NCBI GenBank assembly: GCA_964652775.1
Contig: CAZZAM010000001.1
Location: 128,023 to 192,022 of the forward strand
DNA length: 64,000 nucleotides
Direction: 5' to 3'
DNA from: an uncultured candidatus Brocadiaceae bacterium
Lineage (GTDB): Bacteria; Planctomycetota; UBA11346
Positions 1 to 9,583 of the stretch are shown in pieces; the stretch's first letter is position 1; each line of letters begins with the position of its first letter. A program made the translations under genes and the position numbers. The notes beneath the pieces were generated by a model. It searched no databases. It was not told the DNA's origin and worked only from the letters and a program-made list of their open reading frames with translations.

Positions 1-496
1 ATACGAGAAGCACGCCCAAAAGCACAGCGGCTCTTGTGCGACGTGACGACAGCGGGCTCGTCCGACCGTGCTTTTTTCTGGAAATAACAGGCTGTTTTGC
101 GCATATATCAGCCAGTGTCCTGGTCTCAATAAATTTTAAGTAGGCGTTAAGAACCTTCCGCCACGCGTGATGGGTCAGGCAAGATTTTTCTCCGCGATAG
201 ATATGCCTGCTGGTATGCAGACCATGCGGCGCACTTGTGAATCCTTCGATCACGGTAATGACCTCCTTCAAGCGAATTTGTTTTGCTGGCTTGGCGAGTT
301 GGTATCCACCACCGGCTCCTCGAACTGCCGCGACCAATCCTGACTTACTCAAGGTCCAAAGAATCTTCGCCGTATAGTTGACAGGAATACCGCACTGGCG
401 CGAAACATCCTGACCCTGTCTTCGCTCTCCCTCCGGCAACTGAGCAAGATTCGCCAAGGCACGAAGGGCGTATTCAGTGGTAGTCGAGACGATCAT
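1..496 (-). CDS. Rrf2 family transcriptional regulator (3' end runs off the window)
   Basis: Absent from the ORF track because no stop is reached before position 1. My translation from the ATG (complement of 494-496) gives MIVSTTTEYALRALANLAQLPEGERRQGQDVSRQCGIPVNYTAKILWTLSKSGLVAAVRGAGGGYQLAKPAKQIRLKEVITVIEG...CLTHHAW. It has a wHTH and the 'VRGxGGGYxL' signature of Rrf2/IscR-type regulators. Confidence 0.8.
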   Translation of the reverse strand, partial: MIVSTTTEYALRALANLAQLPEGERRQGQDVSRQCGIPVNYTAKILWTLSKSGLVAAVRGAGGGYQLAKPAKQIRLKEVITVIEGFTSAPHGLHTSRHIYRGEKSCLTHHAWRKVLNAYLKFIETRTLADICAKQPVISRKKHGRTSPLSSRRTRAAVLLGVLLV

Positions 497-680
497 TTGT
501 GGATTAGTGTATCAAGATATCCTCTATTTGGCAACGTCAATACAGATGTCATCTAGACCGTTGCATCTATGTGGATGGGCATTGGACGGTGGCGTTCATT
601 ACATGGGCGATGGACTAGGTATGTCCGCGCACACGCCTCCTGTATCCGACATTCCGCAACACAATGGAAATTGAATGTAT

Positions 681-723
681 TGCGACTTTCAGACTCCCGG
701 ACCTCCGGACGGCTGCGTTCAGG
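681..723 (+). repeat. Truncated relative of the hairpin-repeat 3' arm (CCCGGAcc-TCCGGAc-GGCTGCGTTCAGG)
   Basis: TGCGACT..CCCGGACCTCCGGACGGCTGCGTTCAGGATG resembles the minus-strand sequence at 38259-38310 (..TCCGGACTTCCGGACTGCTGCGTTCAGGATG). It also resembles the 3' ends of the elements at 15227, 29909 and 36140 (GACTCCGGTCCTCCGG...TGCTGCGTTTAGG). Confidence 0.5.
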
Positions 724-853
724 ATGATTCCCGAAAGTTTGAAAACCGGGTGGATCACTCAGCGGATAGCCATGTGTTCCTCCAAACCGTTTCTCAGCCT
801 TGCCGATAGAGCCAGTCCATGGACAGCGCCAGCCCTTTCACCGCTTGATTGTA

Positions 854-3184
854 TCAGTACTTGAGGCTGATGTGGTTCTCGGGCCCGGTAACACCACGGA
901 TGTTCTGCGTTGTCGTGGTGATTTTATTTTCGCCCTTGTGCAAGGTCCACGTGAACGTGTCGCCGCTGGGTTGCCAGGGGCCTTCGTTCACCTTGACGAG
1001 GTAGGTTGCGAATCCCGGTGTCTGCGTGGTCATGACCACGTCCAGTTTTCCTACGCCCGCATCATACAAGGCGATCTTCGCCTCACCGAGGGTCCAAAAC
1101 ATCTCGTTCGGATTTGTCGGCGACTCGCGGCGATGCCAAGGGATCTCGCGATTCCAGTCATCGATGAGCATGAAGGCGTTATCACCAAAATCCTTGGGCG
1201 AATCGAGCAGGTTATTATTGCCGATATACATCAGGAATGCGTACTTCGAAACTGACACCAAGGTCGCATCCTTCTTTTCTCGTTTCTCGCCAACCACCTG
1301 CTGCATGTTCTTGTTCTCTGTCTTGATCCGTTCACTGCGAATTTCATACGAACTGAGCGGAATACCTACGTCATCCTTGCGCTCATAGTACGCATCGACG
1401 GTCGCATCAAAAATGACCCATTTACGGAACTGGTTCGACCAGACATCAGTGACCGTGTGCTCGGTGCCTGGTTCACGCAGTCGAATATCCATGAGCCGCG
1501 AGGTATAACCCAGGCTGTTTGCACAGGCCAGCATAACGTCGGCGTACTGCAGGCAGAAAAATCTCCCACCCTTCGCGCCTTCGGGAATTATCTCTAATGC
1601 ACTGTCGCTGACGATGCTGGGATGGTCGAACCGGAAGCGTCCTTTGACCCAGGTCATCAACCGACACATCTTATCGAGTTCGTCTTTACCATCCTTCACG
1701 ACGTCATCGAGTTTATAGGTCTCGCGCAGGAGCTTGAGCTTGGGATTATCTAAACGGTCATACGCAAATCGATCAGCAAATGTGCTGGTGATGATGTCCG
1801 GGTTCAGCACATCGAGGATTTCGATCTCACCGCCGGCCGCAGTCGCTTTTTCTCCTTTGGCAAGCTTGGCGAGATCGGGACCGGTGCGTGCGATAGGCTT
1901 GGCAACAACCGGTAACGGTGCTGGCTTGAATTCTGGCGGCGTCCATCCAGCGGCATAGGTCCCTTTCAAGGCGGCAAATGGATTTCCGCCAGACGTTCCC
2001 GCTGCCTCGGCCATGCCACTCTTGGCCGCGAACGCCGGATACGCACCGCTAGCCCAGTTTCCATTGGCGGCAAAGCCCGTCACCATGTCGTTGGCCTGAT
2101 ACCATCCTTGCTGAGCTTCCGTCGCCGCGCTGCCGCAATTGTAGAAAACATTGTCCTTCACCACGCCATCGTTAGCTCCCTCCAGAAACACGACGGCATG
2201 CGGCTCATCGCGACTTGAGGAGATGAACACGTTGTGTTCTACGGCAACACCAGGGACCGCGACAACTCCGGCGCAGGTCACATCCTCAAACACATTGTCC
2301 TTGATGATGAATCCCCTGCTGCGCGGACTGATCAGCCGAAATGCTTTGGCATGGCAGGTCTTGGCATAGTTGCCCTCGATCAGGATATTCTCGCACACTT
2401 GGCCGTCAGCGAGATAGCGAGCCAAGAATATGGCCGGATAACCCACGCCGCCCTGGTTGACCAAGGTGAAACGATTGTTGCGAATAACATGATTCTTGCC
2501 GGCCAAACGAATGCCGTCCCATATCGTGTCCTGAATCACGTTACCCTCGACGATGTTCCCATCGCCCGTGAGTTGAATGGGAAAGTAATTCACGCGGGTC
2601 AGGATGTTGCCTTTGATCAGGCAATTCCTGGTCTCACCCAGGCACATGACGCCGCTGAGATACTTCCGCCCATGGTGGATATTGTTGCCGATGACCTGAC
2701 ATCCCTCGACGTTGTTCAATTCAATGAATGCCCAGTTCGGATCTGCGGTGCCGGCCTTGTAGTTGAACTTGACAGCATAGCCGGGGACATCGTAGGCGAA
2801 CTCAAATCCCGTCAGGTGGGTGAAGTTTGAGTTGATCGCGACACTCCGAACCAGCACACCCGGACCGCCAACAAAACGGATTGGCTTGTCCTTCGTGCCG
2901 TGGTTTTTCGTCGTTACGCGTTCTTCGTACGTACCCGGGCGGATCTGCACGACGTCGCCAGCCTGCGCCGCATCCGCCGCCTTCTGCATACTCCGGAACG
3001 GATGCGCAGCAGAGCCATCATGCTTGTCGTCACCACTCGGGTCGACCACGATGGTCGGTGTCAACGGAACTGAAATCGGCGTCGCCAGGACGACCGGTGA
3101 ACGATTATCTCCGCACGATGTAGTGACCATCACCACAAGTGTAAGGCCCAGGCTAAGCGACAGGAGGCGTTGCTGGATGCTCAT
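854..3184 (-). CDS. Lipoprotein with an N-terminal right-handed parallel beta-helix domain and a C-terminal transglutaminase-like domain
   Basis: ORF 854..3232. The likely start is Met17 (ATG at 3184), giving the lipobox MSIQQRLLSLSLGLTLVVMVTTS|C. 'HPFRSMQKAADAAQAGDVVQIRPGTYEE' is followed by repeated 'GN.I..N' rungs (NNIHHG, IKGNIL, VEGNVI, IRNNRF), which indicates a pectate-lyase fold. The C-terminal 'FFCLQYADVMLACANSLGY...EHTVTDVW...VIFDATVD' fits the transglutaminase-core Cys/His/Asp pattern. Confidence 0.7.
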   Translation of the reverse strand: MSIQQRLLSLSLGLTLVVMVTTSCGDNRSPVVLATPISVPLTPTIVVDPSGDDKHDGSAAHPFRSMQKAADAAQAGDVVQIRPGTYEERVTTKNHGTKDKPIRFVGGPGVLVRSVAINSNFTHLTGFEFAYDVPGYAVKFNYKAGTADPNWAFIELNNVEGCQVIGNNIHHGRKYLSGVMCLGETRNCLIKGNILTRVNYFPIQLTGDGNIVEGNVIQDTIWDGIRLAGKNHVIRNNRFTLVNQGGVGYPAIFLARYLADGQVCENILIEGNYAKTCHAKAFRLISPRSRGFIIKDNVFEDVTCAGVVAVPGVAVEHNVFISSSRDEPHAVVFLEGANDGVVKDNVFYNCGSAATEAQQGWYQANDMVTGFAANGNWASGAYPAFAAKSGMAEAAGTSGGNPFAALKGTYAAGWTPPEFKPAPLPVVAKPIARTGPDLAKLAKGEKATAAGGEIEILDVLNPDIITSTFADRFAYDRLDNPKLKLLRETYKLDDVVKDGKDELDKMCRLMTWVKGRFRFDHPSIVSDSALEIIPEGAKGGRFFCLQYADVMLACANSLGYTSRLMDIRLREPGTEHTVTDVWSNQFRKWVIFDATVDAYYERKDDVGIPLSSYEIRSERIKTENKNMQQVVGEKREKKDATLVSVSKYAFLMYIGNNNLLDSPKDFGDNAFMLIDDWNREIPWHRRESPTNPNEMFWTLGEAKIALYDAGVGKLDVVMTTQTPGFATYLVKVNEGPWQPSGDTFTWTLHKGENKITTTTQNIRGVTGPENHISLKY

Positions 3185-3285
3185 ATGTATCTGATCCTGA
3201 GTTGATCTGACTGTGAAAGAGGATGGATCCACTCGACTGCTAGTCTATCTCCGCTGGCCATTCATTTCGGACATAAACTTCAGCG

Positions 3286-4341
3286 TTAGAACCCCGCCCA
3301 GATGCGCGGATTCTGCGTGCGACACGTTTCCAGGACAGCAATCGTCTGTCGCACGCTTTCGGGAGTAATGTCCAGGGCGACGCCATCACGGACGGCAGCC
3401 ACGAGGTTGTCAAAGAAACCGGCAAATCCGCGCGCTTTGACCACTGGCACCAACTCGTCCTGCCAAGGTAACACATCGTCATTCTTGTAGCTGCGATTAA
3501 CGGCCGGACCATCTTGGATGGCAATGGCCGGCGCGGCCTTGGGGTCGAACCACTTCAGTTTGATCCCCTCCGGGGTCAGGATCAGCCCACCGCACGTGCC
3601 AGCAATCATCCATGGCGGCTGCGGCGGGAAGGCCATGCAGTTCGAAGACATCACATCGATCACTGCTCCGTTTGCACAACGCAACAGAATTTGGCAATGA
3701 TCGTCGGCATCGCCGGGCGTTACAGTCCGCTGGAGATCCGCGAATACATCGCGTACTGGACTGTCGATCAGGTGCAGGCATTCATCAACCAAGTGCGAGG
3801 CGTGCACATTGTGCAACCCACCGCCCTTGGCCTTGCGCATTACCCAATCATTGCGACGGGTAAACGAGGTGCGATTGCACGACACCTGCACGATTCGTCC
3901 TAAGCGACCGGACTTCAAGATCTGACGAATCGCCACCATGTCATCCGAGTAGCGGTACGGATGATAGCAGGTCAGCAGACGCTTCGCGTGCTGTGCTGTA
4001 GCGATCATGCGGTCTGCCTCGGCGGTGCCCTGACACATGGGCTTATCAACCGCGACGTGGAGTCCGCGTTCAAGACAGTCGATGGCTTCCTGGCCATGAC
4101 CACCGCTAGGCGTTGCCAAAACAATCAACTCACCGATTGGATCCTCGAGGAAGTCAGCAAAGGAGGCATACGTCCGACAACCGATCTCGGCCTCAGCTTC
4201 GGCGCGCCGAGCGGCAACTGGCTCAATGGCCGCAACCACGCGAAAACGTGGATGGCCTTTGAGCATTTGTTTCCAATGGATGTCCCAGCCTGCTCGACCA
4301 AGCCCGGCGATGACCGTGGCGACCGGCGCACTGGATGTCAT
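3286..4341 (-). CDS. Gfo/Idh/MocA family oxidoreductase
   Basis: 351-aa ORF. It has an N-terminal Rossmann segment 'VATVIAGLGRAGWDIHW', 'LATPSGGHGQEAIDCLERGLHVAVDKPM', and a C-terminal alpha/beta dimerisation region typical of the family. Confidence 0.8.
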   Translation of the reverse strand: MTSSAPVATVIAGLGRAGWDIHWKQMLKGHPRFRVVAAIEPVAARRAEAEAEIGCRTYASFADFLEDPIGELIVLATPSGGHGQEAIDCLERGLHVAVDKPMCQGTAEADRMIATAQHAKRLLTCYHPYRYSDDMVAIRQILKSGRLGRIVQVSCNRTSFTRRNDWVMRKAKGGGLHNVHASHLVDECLHLIDSPVRDVFADLQRTVTPGDADDHCQILLRCANGAVIDVMSSNCMAFPPQPPWMIAGTCGGLILTPEGIKLKWFDPKAAPAIAIQDGPAVNRSYKNDDVLPWQDELVPVVKARGFAGFFDNLVAAVRDGVALDITPESVRQTIAVLETCRTQNPRIWAGF

Positions 4342-5420
4342 CAGTATTTCCCATCGGTGGTCTGGAAGTGGGTCGGCTTACCCAAGGATTTACGACCAGC
4401 GGCAAGCCAGTCCGCTGTCCAGCGCACAACGGTGGCCGGGGTCACGGTTGGATAGCCGAACCGTTCCAGCAACCGTCCTCCATCGTTGAGGTACATGCGT
4501 GGCGCCAGCGTCCCAGAAAATTTCGCCTTTTTACCCAGGTATTGTCCCGCATTGATCGCTACGCGCTCGACGGTCAGCGTCTCGGGGCCAGTTAAGTTGA
4601 CGAACGCCGACGGCGAGGCGCACAGTTCCAAGCAGCGCAGAATCATGCGATTCGCATCGCCCTGCCAAATGCCATTGAAGCACGGCACCGAGATATCAAC
4701 TGGCGCATCATCAAGAATCTGCCGGACTACGTCATGGATCACACCGTAGCGTAGATCGAGCGAGTAGTTGAGTCGTACGATGCATACCTTGGTACCAGCA
4801 CTGCGACTCGCGTATTCGAACACGCGCTCACGGGCCAAAGCGGACATCGCGTATTCACCAATCGGAACCGGTGTCACGTTCTCATCGCAACCGCCGCTTG
4901 CGGGTTCGGCCAACGGATAGACGCAGCCAGTCGACATCGCCACGATGTTTGCGTCGGCATAGCGACGCGCGACGTATGCAGGAGCCACCGCATTCATCGC
5001 CCATGTTGCCGACGAATCACCACTGGTGCCAAATTTTTTCCCGGCGAGGAAAACGACCCGCTTGGAGTCGGGCAGCTTATCGACCGCAGTAGGATTCAGG
5101 AGATCGCACGGCACGGTGGTGACGCCAGCCTGCTCAAGCCGCTCGCGCGATCCCTTCTCGCTGAATCGTGAAACACCGATCACCTTTGCTTTTGAACCAG
5201 CCTGCTTGAGCGCCCGCACAGCCAACATGGCCATGCTGATGCCCATCTTTCCGGCAACACCCAGAAGAACGAGGTCGCCTTTCCCAGCGCCAAGACTGGC
5301 GACCAGATCCGGCTGCGGCCTGGCGAGAAAATCATCGAGCGCGTTTTCGTCAGCGAAACCTGTCGGCAATGTTGACTCAGATCCAGGCATGGTCATCTCC
5401 GGTAAGGTGAGCACATGCAA
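4341..5420 (-). CDS. NAD(P)-dependent epimerase/dehydratase-family (extended SDR) protein
   Basis: 359-aa ORF. Its stop overlaps the start of the downstream oxidoreductase at 4341. It has the glycine-rich 'LVLLGVAGKMGISMA' segment and 'MSTGCVYP', with an epimerase-like length. Confidence 0.65.
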   Translation of the reverse strand: MHVLTLPEMTMPGSESTLPTGFADENALDDFLARPQPDLVASLGAGKGDLVLLGVAGKMGISMAMLAVRALKQAGSKAKVIGVSRFSEKGSRERLEQAGVTTVPCDLLNPTAVDKLPDSKRVVFLAGKKFGTSGDSSATWAMNAVAPAYVARRYADANIVAMSTGCVYPLAEPASGGCDENVTPVPIGEYAMSALARERVFEYASRSAGTKVCIVRLNYSLDLRYGVIHDVVRQILDDAPVDISVPCFNGIWQGDANRMILRCLELCASPSAFVNLTGPETLTVERVAINAGQYLGKKAKFSGTLAPRMYLNDGGRLLERFGYPTVTPATVVRWTADWLAAGRKSLGKPTHFQTTDGKY

Positions 5421-5467
5421 CCAGCATGGCAGAGGCTGTCAATCGACGCAGTTCAATGATCACTCTT

Positions 5468-5580
5468 GGTGAGCCGCCAAGGCGACAAGTACGCCAAGAA
5501 TGCAATATTTCACCTGCTCATCGCTCATCGAAAGACGCTTAGGCTGACCCTTGGCGCACTTAGCGCCTTGGCGGCTCACC
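5468..5580. other. Perfect 17-bp inverted repeat (GGTGAGCCGCCAAGGCG / CGCCTTGGCGGCTCACC) with a 79-nt spacer
   Basis: The arms at 5468-5484 and 5564-5580 are exact reverse complements. They lie in the intergenic gap between two minus-strand genes (stop at 5588, start at 5420). Confidence 0.7.
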
Positions 5581-5587
5581 CAATGAC

Positions 5588-6622
5588 TCAGCGTTTCTTA
5601 CCGCTGCCAATTCGCGCTCCAGCGAGCGCTGTCCGCGTTACCGCTTGGGCCTGTTTGATGCGTTGGGCTAATCCAGCCAGCTCTTCTCTGTTCGTGGCAA
5701 ATGATTTACTCCACGATGTGTCGGCCAGCCAACCATCGCACAAACCGCCTGCTTCGTCGAGAAACCGTAGGTGTGCCTCAAGCTTGGGAACACCATCGGC
5801 TACCCGATCTGCCGTACCATTGGCAACCAACCAGGCGCGAATCTCGACCAACTGACGATGTCGTTCCAGCTCGATCTTCATATACGATATCCAATGCGTT
5901 GCGTCGTCGCCGAGCTGATTGGCCAGATCGCTATTGCGAAACACCGACGCGGTCAACGAACGTAACGCAGCCACACCTGCAGGATGAGGCAACAGACGCT
6001 GGAGGCTGGTGAGACAAGCGCTGAGTTCCGGCACCACCGCTAATGCAGGGTCACTCAGATGCGTGAGCACATGCAATCCAAGCAATCGACCGTCATTGCC
6101 GCCGTCGATTAAGTCAGCCACTCCGCGCAACACCTGACCGGCCTCTGCGGCGCGAGCGGGATCGGCTGGCGCCAAGCGCTGAATAAGCGATGCGGTTACT
6201 TCCAGTTCACCGGCAAGGCGAATCGTTTCCGGCCACGAGCGTGCCAACTCAACAACGGTCATCGCCAATCCATCGCACGATTGACGTGAGGCCACGATCA
6301 ACGCCGTTACCACCAGTTCCCGATCAGCTCCACGAACCAGCAACGGCTTGATCGCCCGAGCCAACCGCACGCGCAGTTCCGCGCCGACTATATCCACCGG
6401 CAACGCTCGTTCCTGCATATCGCTCAACGCTGCGGTGTCTCCTGATTCAATAGCAGCAACCACCTCGGCGAGCGAGCGATGTCGACTCGGAGCACTGGTG
6501 TGGCGCGATCCGATGCCCACCAACACCGCAATGACAACGACGCCACTCATGATGACGAGCGGCCAACGTGACCTCGTCACCGCAACGCGATTGACCCGTG
6601 ACGAACCGCGTGATGGAGCCAT
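5588..6622 (-). CDS. Hypothetical membrane-anchored protein
   Basis: 344-aa ORF. It has one N-terminal TM helix (WPLVIMSGVVVIAVLVGIG) followed by an Ala/Leu/Arg-rich, probably helical domain. I recognised no family motif. Confidence 0.55.
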   Translation of the reverse strand: MAPSRGSSRVNRVAVTRSRWPLVIMSGVVVIAVLVGIGSRHTSAPSRHRSLAEVVAAIESGDTAALSDMQERALPVDIVGAELRVRLARAIKPLLVRGADRELVVTALIVASRQSCDGLAMTVVELARSWPETIRLAGELEVTASLIQRLAPADPARAAEAGQVLRGVADLIDGGNDGRLLGLHVLTHLSDPALAVVPELSACLTSLQRLLPHPAGVAALRSLTASVFRNSDLANQLGDDATHWISYMKIELERHRQLVEIRAWLVANGTADRVADGVPKLEAHLRFLDEAGGLCDGWLADTSWSKSFATNREELAGLAQRIKQAQAVTRTALAGARIGSGKKR

Positions 6623-6855
6623 GTCGAGAGGCGTACGTTATGCGCACCACGGTAGCAATTGCCCGTAGCGGAGCCCGAGTTGCTCTGTATTGCGCGCCGT
6701 ATGTGATGCCTCTAGTTCTTGGAAAAATAACCATAAGGCCTTGTTATATAAGTTTTTATAAATTTTTATGCCGACCGTTCCCACTCTATCCACAGCACGC
6801 GCCGCGCGCGATCTCAACACTTGGCGAACGCATCCGTAACCGCACACTCCCGCCC

Positions 6856-7092
6856 ATGGCTTCATACCGGACAGCGCTTCCCTGGTCACACGCAACCCAC
6901 GGCCTGCTGGTGCAGGCGGTCGATGACCAGAACTTCCTCAAGACGGCCCTGCAAGCTGGGTTTTCGTCGCATCAGCTCACCAGCTGGGTGAACCGGGGCG
7001 ACGTCCCGGCCACCTTCCGCGCCGCACTGCGCGCCCTGGTCGATGACTGGTACCACAAGCGCTCATTCGCAACGAACGGTCGGGTCGCCTAA
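6856..7092 (+). CDS. Hypothetical small protein (78 aa)
   Basis: This is an internal ATG of ORF 6598..7092, located after the AT-rich region at 6715-6775. The product is MASYRTALPWSHATHGLLVQAVDDQNFLKTALQAGFSSHQLTSWVNRGD..., which has a possible small HTH. Support is weak. Confidence 0.3.
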   Translation: MASYRTALPWSHATHGLLVQAVDDQNFLKTALQAGFSSHQLTSWVNRGDVPATFRAALRALVDDWYHKRSFATNGRVA

Positions 7093-7094
7093 AC

Positions 7095-7361
7095 GTGGCG
7101 CGGTGGTCGATCCAGAAGCTGGTGACCGCAACGATCAGCTTCCGGATCAGCAGCGATACGCCGAAAGGTTATCGAACTGCCTGTCGAGCCTTGCGTAAAA
7201 AACTCATCTTCGCTGAATCTACTGTATTCGCCGACGACGCTCACGTTATCGCCCAGGTCGGGCGTGCCCGCGTCCGTGTTGGCAAACGCACGCCAACTAT
7301 CCGCCGCCTGAAGGGTGACCGCGATGGACCGTCACTAACGATTGAGGAACGGTCGTCCTAA
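7095..7361 (+). CDS. Hypothetical protein (88 aa, GTG start)
   Basis: An ORF-track entry lying 3 nt after the previous ORF. It looks coding but has no recognisable motif. Confidence 0.25.
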   Translation: MARWSIQKLVTATISFRISSDTPKGYRTACRALRKKLIFAESTVFADDAHVIAQVGRARVRVGKRTPTIRRLKGDRDGPSLTIEERSS

Positions 7362-7384
7362 TTGCGGCACCTCGGTTGAACTGA

Positions 7385-8401
7385 TCACGGGCCAGCTGGG
7401 GTGTAGATCGGGGCAACGCGTAGGACGACCGGTTGGTCATCGCCAGAGCTTGAAATACGTTCAAGAAGACGTCGCACTGCCAGCCTACCCATTGCCGCAC
7501 GCGGTAGAAGAACGCGGTCATACAGCGTAGTTAGCGTGTTTTCACGTTCGGAATCACAGAACATGGCAACGTGCATGTGCGCAAGACGTGGCCACGATGC
7601 CGGTAAATGCTGGCGCAAATAAGGAACGAATTCTGGGGCGTGCCAATCATTTTCAAAAATAATCGCATCCGGCGGTTGGCTGGCCGTTTCGATTAACTTG
7701 CCCGCACATTTGGCGCCTGCTTGGTAGCGACAATTGCCAGACACCACCAAGGTGGGATCCAATTCCAATCCTGCGCGTTCGAATGCGGCGCGAATACCGG
7801 CGAATTTTTCGCTGCTATTGAGATCCTCGATGAGGCAGCGGACCACCGCAATGCGGCGGCAGCCACGGGCCAATAATCCCTCGGCAAGCCAGTAAGCGCC
7901 CATGAAATTATCTGGAGCAACCACATCGCGATCAGTGCGCAGCACCTGATACTCGATCTGCACCTGTGGTAGACCCAAAGGAAGCAGCGCTTGGTAGACG
8001 TCCTCATGTGGTCCGACGATCAAGCCGTCGAGATCCATCTCCGTAACCCGTCGGACTAGATCGGCGACCATTGCCGCCCTGGTTTTGCCGCGTTCTATAT
8101 CAGCCAGAACGAGACCGACCTCATAGGTCGTACCCAGTAATGGCTCGCAGAGTCCGCTAAACGTCCCAACGTGAAACCAACCCAACCGATGTTGCAGCCC
8201 ACAATAGGCGAGGCGGCGGGTCGTGGTCGAGCTAGCCTGATCAACCCGCCGACGCAACTTACGCAACCCAACTTGGTTCCGCTGCGCCATGGCGAGGATC
8301 TTGGCGCGCAGTGCCGTGGAAACCCGGCCTTGGCCATGCAGAACCATGGAGACTACCGCCGGCGAAACCCCCAGTTTTGACGCTATCTCCTTTTGCTGCA
8401 T
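7385..8401 (-). CDS. LacI family transcriptional regulator
   Basis: The N-terminal HTH is 'MQQKEIASKLGVSPAVVSMVLHGQGRVSTALRAKILAMAQ'. It is followed by a periplasmic-binding-protein-like sugar-binding core, for a total of 338 aa. Confidence 0.9.
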   Translation of the reverse strand: MQQKEIASKLGVSPAVVSMVLHGQGRVSTALRAKILAMAQRNQVGLRKLRRRVDQASSTTTRRLAYCGLQHRLGWFHVGTFSGLCEPLLGTTYEVGLVLADIERGKTRAAMVADLVRRVTEMDLDGLIVGPHEDVYQALLPLGLPQVQIEYQVLRTDRDVVAPDNFMGAYWLAEGLLARGCRRIAVVRCLIEDLNSSEKFAGIRAAFERAGLELDPTLVVSGNCRYQAGAKCAGKLIETASQPPDAIIFENDWHAPEFVPYLRQHLPASWPRLAHMHVAMFCDSERENTLTTLYDRVLLPRAAMGRLAVRRLLERISSSGDDQPVVLRVAPIYTPAGP

Positions 8402-8544
8402 GTATGTGTGATCAGCTCCAGGTCAGGCTAAGTCAAGTGCTGCCACCTACCCGTCCTCCTGCTGCGGGGTACGCTCGCGCGCTGACGTCGTAAGCCGTCC
8501 GCCCTGCATGCAGCAGTCCGAAAATCCAGACTGCTCCGGAAAGT

Positions 8545-9510
8545 TCACGGCTGCCCTGCTGGTAACGGGTCACCAGATTCGAGCAGGCGCATCTCCGTGA
8601 CTAATTCAACTGCCTCGCCAGGTGCCAATGCCCGTTCCACCGAGGTCAATTCCAACTCAGCGCTGGCCGGCTCTGCATCCTCGCCCGGCTTGGGCGGCCG
8701 ACCGACCCACACCTTGGCCGGTCCGCCTGAACCACGACGGATCAGCGCCAGACCACTGCCGTCGGCACCACGCCAGGCCAATACCTGGGCTGAAAAGATG
8801 GCTTCACCCGAGCGGATTGGATCGAGCGTCAGTGTGAGTTGTTCGCCATCGGCCGTAGCCTGCGACCAGCGCTCGGCCAATCCAATGGCAGTCTTCGCAT
8901 CCGCGGTACGAGCCAGCACACGCACCGGATAAGGAACCTGGGCGATCTGCCAGACCGCCACCGGTGTCGTGATGAGCGATCCCTCGACCCGTTCGAAACG
9001 AGTACCGCAACGCAGTGCGCCGTTCTCAAGTGTGAAGTCGCGAATCATGCGAACGCCATGGCTGGGCAACATACCGACGAGACGCAGATGACCGAGCTTC
9101 GGCGTGCTGGTGGTCAGCGGCCCATCAGTGCCAATCGGCGGAGGCCAGGCGCGACCAGCTAACGTTTTCCAGCTCGATTGCGGCCACGGCCACACGCGAT
9201 CGCCACCAGGATTATACCACGCCGACAAACAGCGCTCAGCGCGGGTGTTCTCGAACAGACGATTTGCGCCACCAACTTTTCCGAAGCGGGCAACACGGGC
9301 AAAGGCAGGAACCACCACCGCCTCCACGACACCGTCCGTGAGCCGCACGGCTTGTGGGTAAGCAAACACCGTCTGCTCCAAGATCTCACCGGCTACCAGG
9401 CTAGACGCGAGCAGCAGGGTGACGAAGGCGAGTCCGCATTCGTGCAGCGGCACATTCAGTTGGGCTATACGCATGCTGCCATGCTGTATGCATCCCGCTC
9501 TCATGGCCAA
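8545..9510 (-). CDS. Hypothetical secreted protein
   Basis: 321-aa ORF with a signal-like segment (GLAFVTLLLASSLVAG). The rest is rich in beta-strand-type sequence ('YNPGGDRVWPWPQ'). It might be an aldose-epimerase-like/DUF-type sugar-binding fold, but this is unverified. Confidence 0.55.
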   Translation of the reverse strand: MAMRAGCIQHGSMRIAQLNVPLHECGLAFVTLLLASSLVAGEILEQTVFAYPQAVRLTDGVVEAVVVPAFARVARFGKVGGANRLFENTRAERCLSAWYNPGGDRVWPWPQSSWKTLAGRAWPPPIGTDGPLTTSTPKLGHLRLVGMLPSHGVRMIRDFTLENGALRCGTRFERVEGSLITTPVAVWQIAQVPYPVRVLARTADAKTAIGLAERWSQATADGEQLTLTLDPIRSGEAIFSAQVLAWRGADGSGLALIRRGSGGPAKVWVGRPPKPGEDAEPASAELELTSVERALAPGEAVELVTEMRLLESGDPLPAGQP

Positions 9511-9571
9511 GACTCTTTCGCGGCCGACTGGTTAATTAACCAACGCTCATCAGTCCGGCCTCCCCCATGAT

Positions 9572-9583
9572 GATGAATTCACT
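9572..9583. promoter_or_regulatory. Weaker copy of the TGAATTCA palindrome (GATGAATTCACT)
   Basis: It lies in the divergent intergenic region between 8545..9510(-) and 9757..11358(+), 62 nt from the ATG at 9510. Confidence 0.35.

Noticed and set aside
6715-6775. Strikingly AT-rich patch (GGAAAAATAACCATAAGGCCTTGTTATATAAGTTTTTATAAATTTTTATG) as a defined promoter.
   Set aside because: It is plausibly a promoter or UP-element region for the flanking genes. However, several alternative -35/-10 pairings are possible and none has canonical spacing. I cannot assign a strand or TSS from sequence alone.
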